Positions 1-6,915 of a DNA stretch of 8,708 nucleotides are shown piece by piece; within the stretch, counting starts at the first letter, position 1, and the number at the start of each line of letters is the position of its first letter. A program made the position numbers and the translations under genes. A model generated the notes under the pieces. That model was not told the origin of the DNA. It made no database searches and was given only the letters and a program-made list of their open reading frames with translations. This DNA comes from Octopus sinensis (taxonomy: Eukaryota): contig NW_021828291.1 of assembly GCF_006345805.1 (NCBI RefSeq), positions 1 to 8,708 of the forward strand, read 5' to 3'.

Positions 1-252
1 TTGGCTGAAATTATCTATAATATCCCCCTGGTTTGGGTCCTTTCTAAGCAGTGACACAACTACCCGGCTCACAGACCTGGAAATAAACCCATTCTGCTGC
101 CAGTTGGTGAAGACACATGCCAGTAGGTGCCCAGACAAATCTGGCATACTGTAGGGGAGCTTGTAGGGGAGACCATCTAGTCCCAGCGACTTGTCCCCAC
201 CGCAGTGCGACAAAACCTCCTCCACCACTGCAGCTGTGATTTGCCCTTTACA
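1..252 (-). mobile_element. Non-LTR retrotransposon (L1/Tx1-clade-like) ORF2 fragment, region just upstream of the RT core; runs off the window edge
   Basis: Manual minus-strand translation of 249..1 gives 83 stop-free codons: KGQITAAVVEEVLSHCGGDKSLGLDGLPYKLPYSMPDLSGHLLACVFTNWQQNGFISRSVSRVVVSLLRKDPNQGDIIDNFSQ. This fits the LINE pattern (C)EGPIT..EV...KSPGxDGLPxExY...G...S...GV.TLL.K...D..N(F/Y)RP. Confidence 0.8.
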
Positions 253-407
253 TCGACCCCAGTGCGTAACTGGTACTTAATTTATCAACCCCGAAAGGAT
301 GAAAGGCAAAGTCGACCTCGGCGGAATTTGAACTCAGAACATAACGGCAGACGAAATACCGCTAAGCATTTCGCCCAGCGTGCTAACGATTCTGCCAGCT
401 CACCGCC
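248..407 (-). mobile_element. tRNA-derived SINE, 3'-truncated, with a Meta-domain-like body
   Basis: Minus strand reads GGCGGTGAGCTGGCAGAATCGTTAGC (A-box-like), GAGTTCAAATTCC (B-box), then GCCGAGGTCGACTTTGCCTTTCATCCTTTCGGGGTTGATAAATTAAGTACC...CTGGGGTCGATG. A related degenerate copy lies at 5091-5262. The domain name is from recall. Confidence 0.85.
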
Positions 408-625
408 TGACACCAACATCACCCATGAAAATGTAGAGAAAATTCATCAGCATGTCCATGTGGATTGTCAGAAGACAATCAATGATGCCTGGAAGTGTTT
501 GGGGGGGGGGGGGGCATTCGGCAAAAGAGACCGGATCCCTGGAGGGCAAAGAACTGGATCCTTCATGACAATTCACCCTGGCACCAAGCTGTCCTTGCTT
601 GTGAGTTTCTCGCCAAATGCAACTT
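408..625 (+). pseudogene. Degenerate, internally deleted mariner-type (Tc1/mariner) transposase remnant
   Basis: Two pieces in different frames. TNITHENVEKIHQHVHVDCQKTI resembles mariner TS.TDENVEKV...DRR.TI. IRQKRPDPWRAKNWILHDNSPWHQAVLACEFLAK resembles IRRKRP.LW....W.LHHDNAPAH.A..V.EFLAK, around the second catalytic Asp. A G14 run (501-514) separates them. Confidence 0.7.
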
Positions 626-648
626 AAGTTATTTTTTTATTAAACATA

Positions 649-941
649 GGAGTGGCTGTGTGGTAAGTAGCTTGCTTACCAACCACATGGTTCCGGGTTC
701 AGTACTGCGTGACACCATGGGCAAGTGTCTTCTACTATAGCCTCGAGTTGACCAAAGCCTTGTGAGTGGATTTGGTAGACAGAAACTGAAAGAAGCCTGT
801 CGTACATATCTGTAGGTATTTGTGTAGCTGTGTTTGTCCCCACACCATCACTTGACAACCGATGTCAAGTTCCCTGTAACTTAGTAGTTCAGCAAAAACA
901 ACCAATAGAATAAGTACTGGGCTTACAAAGAATAAGTCCTG
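649..941 (+). mobile_element. tRNA-headed CORE-like SINE, copy 1 (3' tail missing)
   Basis: GGAGTGGCTGTGTGGTAAG A-box region, CCGGGTTCAGT B-box region and a CORE-like CACCATGGGCAAGTGTCTTC segment. Aligns by eye to copies at 1164-1573, 5364-5747 and 6888-7035. Confidence 0.9.
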
Positions 942-944
942 CGG

Positions 945-1032
945 TCAAAGCCTTGTGAGTGGATTTGGTAGACAGAAAGCCTTGTGAGTGGATTTGGTAG
1001 ACAGAAACTGAAAGAAGGCCATCGTATATATG

Positions 1033-1063
<31 letters not shown>

Positions 1064-1163
1064 ATGTGTGTTTGTCCCCTCAACATCGCTTGACAACTGA
1101 TGCTGGTGTGTTTACGTCCCTGTAACTTAGTGGTTCGGCAAAAGAGACGATAGAATAAGTACT
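945..1163 (+). mobile_element. Headless partial copy of the same SINE, with an exact 29-bp tandem duplication
   Basis: AAAGCCTTGTGAGTGGATTTGGTAGACAG occurs at 947-975 and 976-1004. The (TA)n(TG)n spacer and body follow, up to GAATAAGTACT. Confidence 0.85.
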
Positions 1164-1573
1164 CTCTTTTACTCTTTTACTTGTTTCAGTCATTTGACTG
1201 CGGCCATGCTGGAGCATCACCTTTAGTTGAGCAAATCGACCCCAGGACTTATTCTTTGTAAGCCTAGTACTTATTGTATCGGTCTCTTTTGCTGAACCGC
1301 TAAGTTATGGGGACATAAACACACCAGCATCATTTGTCAAGCGATGTTGGGGGGGACAAACACAGACACACAAACATATACACACACACACATATATATA
1401 CATACATATATATATATGATGGGCTTCGTTCAGATTCCGTCTACCAAATCCACTCACAAGGCTTTGGTCGGCCCGAGGCCATAGTAGAAGACACTTGTCC
1501 AAGGTGCCACGCAGTGGGACTGAACCCAGAACCATGTGGTTGGTAAGCAAGCTTCTTACCACACAGCCACTCC
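1164..1573 (-). mobile_element. Near full-length CORE-like SINE, copy 3 (~410 bp)
   Basis: Head ends at CCACACAGCCACTCC (1573). It has an internal (CA)/(TA) microsatellite and a tail of GAGTAAAA-type repeats at about 1161-1182. Reverse complement of copies 1 and 2. Confidence 0.9.
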
Positions 1574-1591
1574 TACGTAGTAAGCTTAAAG

Positions 1592-1674
1592 TAAAAAAAT
1601 GAGTACTGGGGTGAGTTCATTCGACAAAAAATTCTTCAGGGCAGTGCCCCAGCATGGCCACAGTCTAATGACTG
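1592..1674 (+). mobile_element. 3' fragment of a SINE carrying the same terminal tail as the CORE-like family
   Basis: GAGTACTGGGG...TCGAC segment followed by CCAGCATGGCCACAGTCTAATGACTG (1649-1674), which is 24/26 identical to the reverse complement of 1187-1212. Confidence 0.65.
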
Positions 1675-1714
1675 GGTATCACATAACAAGCAGCCATGCG
1701 GGTGACACATAAGC

Positions 1715-1900
1715 AGCACTTGTGCCAGTGGCATACAGAGGCACACATGCTGATGACAAGTAAAGGCACCTGTGCCAGTAACACGTGAAAGTCAGCCGCT
1801 ACAGTCTTGGAGTGGTTGGCATTAGGAAGGGCACCCAGCCGTAGAAACCATGCCAAATCGGACAGGTATCTGATACAGCCCTCTTGCTTATCAGTTCCAG
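1715..1900 (+). mobile_element. Degenerate fragment of a third SINE-like family
   Basis: TGTGCCAGT is repeated (1721, 1771). GGAGTGGTTGGCATTAGGAAGGGCACCCAGCCGTAGAAACCATGCCAAATC (1809-1859) is a motif I recall from invertebrate and fish SINE bodies. Family not assigned. Confidence 0.55.
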
Positions 1901-1907
1901 TCTAACC

Positions 1908-2089
1908 CAAGCAATAATAAATCTCTGAACGAGATGTAAACAGTAACTGCACGACAACGTAAAGTATACTAGCCATCTCAATATGGCTAACCACTAAGTG
2001 TGGGTGTTACTGTAGCTTTTAGCCCCAGGAGACCATCATCTCCAGCTGGCTTTAGACACACTTTCTGTGCCCTTATGGTATTTGCAAAG
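1908..2089. repeat. 182-bp direct repeat, copy A (partner at 2265-2447, period 357 bp)
   Basis: Manual alignment gives 8 substitutions, one 1-bp indel and one 5-bp inversion relative to copy B. Confidence 0.95.
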
Positions 2090-2264
2090 GGAGGTCATCC
2101 CTCATTCGTAAACCAAAGTTATACACACGGACTGCAGTTTCGAGGTATTTGCCTCTTGTCAATGTACGGTAATCACCGGTTTTCGATAAAGAGAGACTTG
2201 TTTGCAACTATCCATTTAATGTTTTTCCCAGTAACTACTGTCACTGATTTCGAAAAACTGTCTG

Positions 2265-2447
2265 CAAGCAATAATAAATCTCTGAACGAGATGTAAACAG
2301 TAACCGCTCGACAACGTAAAATATACTAGCCATCTCAATATGACTAACCACTAAGTGTGGGTGTTACTGTAGTTTTTAGCCCCAGGAGACCATCGTCTCC
2401 AGCTGGCTTTAGGGCACAGAAAGTGTGCCCTTATAGTATTTGCAAAG
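2265..2447. repeat. 183-bp direct repeat, copy B
   Basis: CAAGCAATAATAAATCTCTGAACGAGATG...GTATTTGCAAAG repeats 1908-2089. Confidence 0.95.
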
Positions 2448-2484
2448 CTAGCTTGGAAAGCGGATGCTAAATGATAGTGATCCA

Positions 2485-2688
2485 ACCAAAGAAACGGACG
2501 GACGGACAGATGGACGACGGACGGATAGAGATAGATAGATAGATAGACAGACAGACAGGCAGGCGGACGGACAGACAGACAGACATACGGACAGACGGAC
2601 AAACGAACGGACGGACAAACGAACGGACGGACGGAAGGACAGATAAGATAGACAGGACAGGCAGCTGGACGAACGGACAGATAGAAGG

Positions 2689-2739
<51 letters not shown>

Positions 2740-2935
2740 GGACGGACGGACGGACGGACGGACGGACGGACAAATAGATAGATAGAAAGGACAGACAGAA
2801 AGACAGAAAGACAGACAGACAGACGGACGGACGAACGGACAGACAGACGGACGGACGAACGGACAGACAAATAGATAGATAGATAGAAAGGACAGACAGA
2901 CAGACAGACCGAGAGAAAGACAAACAGAGAGATAA
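2485..2935. repeat. Mixed tetranucleotide microsatellite (GACA/GGAC/GATA)n
   Basis: Directly visible. Produces the spurious LSVCLSV/RPSV ORFs. Confidence 0.97.
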
Positions 2936-3103
2936 ATAGGTTCGCGGTAATCTGGATAGAGAGAAAGATAGGTAAAAAAAACAGGTGTGTAGTTATAAAT
3001 ACAAAGAAATAGGTCACAAGAAATGTTTCGAGTGTTTGTGTGTTTGCGTGTGTGTGTATGTGCCTAAAATGAATCTGGTCTGTGTGTATGTATGTGTCTA
3101 TAA

Positions 3104-3150
3104 GCGCGGTGTGTGTATACGCCTGCATCTCGGTGAAGCACACACCGCGC
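3104..3150. other. Perfect 12-bp GC-rich inverted repeat with a 23-nt loop
   Basis: GCGCGGTGTGTG (3104-3115) and CACACACCGCGC (3139-3150) are exact reverse complements. Confidence 0.9.
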
Positions 3151-3222
3151 GCGTATGTGTGTGTGTGTGTGTATGTGTGTATATGTGTGTGTGTGGTATG
3201 TGTGTGTGTGTGTGTGTATGTG

Positions 3223-3255
<33 letters not shown>

Positions 3256-4054
3256 ATGTGCGGTGTGTGTGTGTGTGTATGTATGTGTGTATGTGTGTGT
3301 GTATGTGTGGTGTGTATGTGTGTGGTGTATGTGGTGTTGTGTATGTGTGTGTTGTATGGGTTGTGTGTGTGTGGTGTGTGTGTGTGTATGTGTGTGTGTG
3401 TGTGTGTTATGTGTGTGGTATGTGTGTGTGTATGTGTGTATGTGTGTGTGTATGTGTGTGTGTATGTGTGTGTGTGTGTATGTGTGTGTGTATGGTGTAT
3501 GTGTGTGTGTAGTGTGTATGTGTGTGTGTATGTGTTGTGTGTTATGTGTGTATGTGTGTGTGTATGTGTGTATGTGTGTATGTGTGTGTGTTTGTGTGTG
3601 TGTGTGTGTATGTTGTTTGTGTGTATGGTGTGTGTGTGTATTTGTGTGTGGTGTGTGTGTGGTGTGTATGTGTATGTGTTGTGTGTGTGTTTGTGTATGT
3701 GGTGTGTGTGTGTGTGTGGTGTATGTGTGTGTGTATGTGTGTGTGTGTATGTGTGTGTGTATGTGTGTGTATGTGTGTGTGTATGTGGTGTGTGTGTGTA
3801 TGTGTGTATGTGTGTGTGTATGTGTGTATGTGTGTGTGTATGTGTGTATGTGTGTGTGTAGGTGTGTATGTGGTGTGTGTGTTGTATGTGTGTATGTGTG
3901 TGTGTATGTGTGTTGTGTGTATGTGTGTGTGTTTGTGTGTGTGTGTATGTGGTTTGGGTGTATGTGTGTGGTGTGGTGTTGTGTGTGTGTGTGTGTGTAT
4001 GTGTGTGTGTGTATGTGTATGTGTGTGTGTGTGTATGTGTATGTGTGTGTGTGT

Positions 4055-4118
<64 letters not shown>
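3151..4118. repeat. Imperfect (TG)n/(TATG)n microsatellite, ~970 bp
   Basis: Directly visible. Produces the spurious CV-rich and HT-rich ORFs. Confidence 0.98.
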
Positions 4119-4121
<3 letters not shown>

Positions 4122-4170
4122 CCAATACCTACGTGCAAACGTACATGTACGCCCGAATAGATAAGCATGC

Positions 4171-5003
4171 GTGGTGGTGGTGGCGGCGGCGGCGGTAGTG
4201 ATGGTAGTAGTAATGGTTTCGTGGTGGTGGTGTGTGGCGGCGGCGGTTGTGGTGGTGAGGTGGCGGTGACGGTGATGGTGGTGGTGGCGGCGGCGGTGGT
4301 GATGGTGGTGAGGTGGTGGGTGGTGGTGGTGGTGGTTGTGGTGGTGAGGTGGTGGTGAGGTGGTGGTGGTTGTAGTGGTGGTTGTGGTGGTGAGGTGGTG
4401 GTGGTTGTGGTGGTGGTTGTGGTGGTGGTTGCGGCGGTGGTTGTGGTGGTGAGGTGGTGGTGGTGGTGGCGGTGGTGATGGTGATGGTGGCGGCGGCGGT
4501 TGTGGTGGTGAGGTGGCGGTGACGGTGGTGAGGTGGTGGTGGTGGTGGTGGTGTGTGGCGGTGACGGTGATGGTGGTGGTGGTGGTGTGTGGCGGTGACG
4601 GTGATGGTGGTGGTGGCGGCGGCGGTGGTGATGGTGGTGAGGTGGTGGTGGTGATGGTGTGGTGGTGGTGGTGGTGGTGGTGATGGTGATGGTGATGGTG
4701 GTGGTTGTGGTGGTGAGGTGGTGGTGGTGGCGGCGGTGGTTGTGGTGGTGAGGTGGTGAGGTGGCGGCGGTGGTGGTGGTGATGGTGGTGGTGGTGGTGG
4801 TGGTGGTGGTGGTGGTGATGGTGGTGGTGATGGTGGTGGTGGTGGTGGTGGTGATGGTGGTGATGGTGATGGTGGTGATGGTGGTGTGTGGTGGTGTTGG
4901 TGGCGGCAGTTGTGGTGGTGAGGTGGTGAGGTGGCGGCGGTGGTGGTGGTGATGGTGGTGGTGGTGGTGGTGATGGCGGGTGGTGGGTGGTGGTGGTGGT
5001 GGT
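4171..5003. repeat. Imperfect (GGT)n trinucleotide array with GGC/GAT/GTT/GAG variants, ~830 bp
   Basis: Directly visible. All frames give homopolymeric G/V/W or H/P/T runs. Confidence 0.98.
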
Positions 5004-5090
5004 AAACAAGCACAGATAAAGACAGCAAAGACTGTCGCCCCGGAGAACTGATCTCTCAATCAAAATAAACAAAATAAACATCGGACGATA

Positions 5091-5262
5091 GGGCAGGCAG
5101 AAGCGGTAGAGCCTTCTGGGAGAGAAGAAAGTACCTTGCGGTATTTATTCCGCCCGAGGTCGACTTTTATCTTTCGGCCTTTTGGGGAATCAATAGAATA
5201 AAGAACCAGTCATATACTGGGGTCGAAGAATCGATGTCTCTCTCCCCTAGAATTACTGCCTT
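5091..5262 (+). mobile_element. Highly degenerate copy of the SINE family seen at 248-407, B-box region deleted
   Basis: GCGGTATTT joins directly to ATTCCGCCCGAGGTCGACTTT, then ...ACTGGGGTCGA. Colinear with the reverse complement of 251-407. Confidence 0.7.
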
Positions 5263-5363
5263 TAATAGAAGAGATTAGAGGAGAGAACTTTCGTTCGTAA
5301 ATTTCTCGAAAAATTAGCTTAGACACATACATAACTATCTATCTATCTATCTATCAACCTATA

Positions 5364-5556
5364 TACTCTTTCTCTTTACTCTTTTACTTGTTTTGGTCAT
5401 TTGACTGCGGCCATGCTGGAGCACCACCTTTAGTACTTATTCTATCGGTCTCTTTTTGCCGAACCGCTAAGTGACGGGGACGTAAACACACCAGCATCGG
5501 TTGTCAAGCAATGCTGGGAGGACAAACACAGACACACAAACATATACACACACACT

Positions 5557-5588
<32 letters not shown>

Positions 5589-5747
5589 TACGACAGGCTT
5601 CTTTCAGTTTCCGTCTACCAAATCCACTCACAAGGCATTGGTCGGCCCGGGGCAATAGCAGAAGACACTTGCCCAAGATGCCACGCAGTGGGACTGAACC
5701 CGGAACCATGTGGCTGGTTAGCAAGCTACTTACCACACAGCCACTCC
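5364..5747 (-). mobile_element. CORE-like SINE copy with a 41-bp internal deletion
   Basis: Aligns to 1164-1573 except for the missing segment between two TAGT tetramers. Head ends at CAGCCACTCC (5747). Confidence 0.92.
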
Positions 5748-5846
5748 TTTCTTTTGTTCCTTTCCCTTTTTTTTTGTTCTTTTTTTCCTCTTGATCGAAA
5801 ACCTGCGCCACCTTTTTTTTTTTTCCTTTGTTTTTTGTTTTTTTTC
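5748..5846. repeat. T-rich polypyrimidine low-complexity tract
   Basis: Runs of T interrupted by C and G; directly visible. Confidence 0.8.
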
Positions 5847-5870
5847 ATCCCCCAAAAGAAAAGCTCTACC

Positions 5871-5919
5871 TTGTAACTTGTCCCATCTGTGTGCAGACCT
5901 GTGTGGCCAATAAAGAAAC
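5871..5919 (+). mobile_element. Probable SINE 3'-tail remnant
   Basis: TTGTAACTTGTCCCATCTGTGT...GTGGCCAATAAAGAAA resembles a tail I recall for this SINE group and runs into a microsatellite. Not verified. Confidence 0.4.
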
Positions 5920-5920
5920 T

Positions 5921-5950
5921 TATCTATCTATCTACCTATCTATCTATCTA

Positions 5951-5982
<32 letters not shown>

Positions 5983-5994
5983 TATCTCTCTATC
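5921..5994. repeat. (TATC)n/(TGTC)n microsatellite
   Basis: Directly visible. Confidence 0.95.
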
Positions 5995-6020
5995 TGGCTA
6001 GCTGTCTGTCTACCTGCCTT

Positions 6021-6100
<80 letters not shown>
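6021..6100. repeat. Perfect (GATA)20 microsatellite
   Basis: 80 nt of uninterrupted GATA. Confidence 0.97.
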
Positions 6101-6101
<1 letters not shown>

Positions 6102-6136
6102 CAAACTGCTAACCACACAGCCACGCCTGCGCCTAT
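6101..6136 (-). mobile_element. Isolated 5' head of the CORE-like SINE
   Basis: Reverse complement reads ATAGGCGCAGGCGTGGCTGTGTGGTTAGCAGTTTGC, matching the heads at 649, 1573 and 5747. Confidence 0.75.
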
Positions 6137-6174
6137 ATGCATATAAAGATAAGATCCAAGGATCAGGGCGTAAG

Positions 6175-6776
6175 AAATTAGAGAGCGTCAAGCGTTTTGC
6201 TCGAATCCGCTGCAACTTAACATGGGATCTCCTAACGACAATGGAAACTTCATATAATCCAGTGATCCTTAGCCTGAAGAGTAGCTTGCGATCTACCCCC
6301 ACCTTTGGATAATTACTAGTTCCGATGTTCCGTTAGCTATAAAACATATATATAGCCTGGGTTTTGTCTACAACATTCCCTAATTTTGGGATACATATAT
6401 ATATATGTGTGTGTTGGTTTTTAGAAAGCTATAAAAACGAAGTAGAGCAGACCCTTTCAGGATCACAACATACAGGTACGCTGCGACACAATTTCTTTTC
6501 CTCAACAGGCCCTGTCCTGTTTAACATCGTCTCTAAACTGATCAAAGAAGAAAAGGATTCCATCACCTTTAAACGGAGTCTGGACAGATTTCTTCAAGGA
6601 ATACCAGATAAGCCACCCATTCCTGGATACAACTCACTCAATTAGAACTCACTGCTTGAATGGACTATAAACAAAACTTCACTTAAACAGGATTTAGATA
6701 ATCCTATCAGGTGGTGCTATTAAGTTAGACATGGCCTGGACCAATCTTTGGTCGAAACATATCTAAGTTTATCTAA
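6175..6776 (+). mobile_element. Degenerate 3' end of a CR1/L2-group LINE (ORF2 C-terminus, 3' UTR, tandem tail)
   Basis: Motifs LESVKRF (6178), PNFGI (6379) and TLRHNFFSSTGPVLFNIVSKLIKEEKDSITFKRSLDRFLQGIPDKPPIPGY..*NSLLEW fit the CR1/L2 C-terminal pattern SF...GP.LFN.LP...FK..LD.FL..IPD.P..PGY...NSL. Premature TAG at 6643-6645 and next stop at 6721-6723. Ends in ATCTAAGTTT-ATCTAAGT. Confidence 0.75.
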
Positions 6777-6859
6777 GTCGAAACATTGAACAAAGCTGCA
6801 TAGAAATGTCTAACTTGGATGAATATGTGCCGCAACTGAACCAGCTAAATACACACAAA

Positions 6860-6915
6860 TGGTTTTGGTAGAAGCTCGTCGTATGCTTATATACGATGAG
6901 CTTCTACCAAAACCA
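6860..6915. other. 25-bp-arm fold-back inverted repeat with a 6-nt loop
   Basis: 6860-6884 pairs with 6891-6915: 24 Watson-Crick pairs plus one G.T. Confidence 0.95.

Noticed and set aside
676-1562. Short ORFs over SINE copies (60-85 aa), and likewise 5467-5876 and 6859-7068
   Set aside because: These are recurrent translations of the same non-coding SINE consensus.
1750-1797. Second hammerhead-like arrangement: CTGATGA (1750-1756), GGCAC/GTGCC hairpin and GAAA (1787-1790)
   Set aside because: No helix I, no helix III with a valid NUH triplet, and the hairpin is not adjacent to the core. It lies within a degenerate SINE-like body.
1908-2447. CRISPR array or canonical LTR retrotransposon
   Set aside because: Only two long repeats in a eukaryotic context, with no TG..CA termini, PBS, PPT, TSD or gag/pol sequence.
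2412-2451. Helitron 3' end (hairpin followed by CTAG at 2448-2451)
   Set aside because: The CTAG lies outside the repeated unit and is absent after copy A, and the spacing is longer than typical. Kept only as one hypothesis for the repeat.
2448-5081. 877-aa His/Pro/Thr-rich ORF and all overlapping 100-505-aa ORFs, including a possible His-rich or Gly-rich structural protein
   Set aside because: They lie wholly on di-, tri- and tetranucleotide repeats that lack stop codons in most frames. All frames are similarly open, with no signal peptide or unique domain.
5909-5914. AATAAA polyadenylation signal
   Set aside because: It sits in a probable SINE tail, with no supported upstream gene.
6735-6758. 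CTG-GACCAA-TCT-TTGGTC-GAAAC as a hammerhead core
   Set aside because: Lacks the CUGANGA box. Better explained as a LINE 3' stem-loop.
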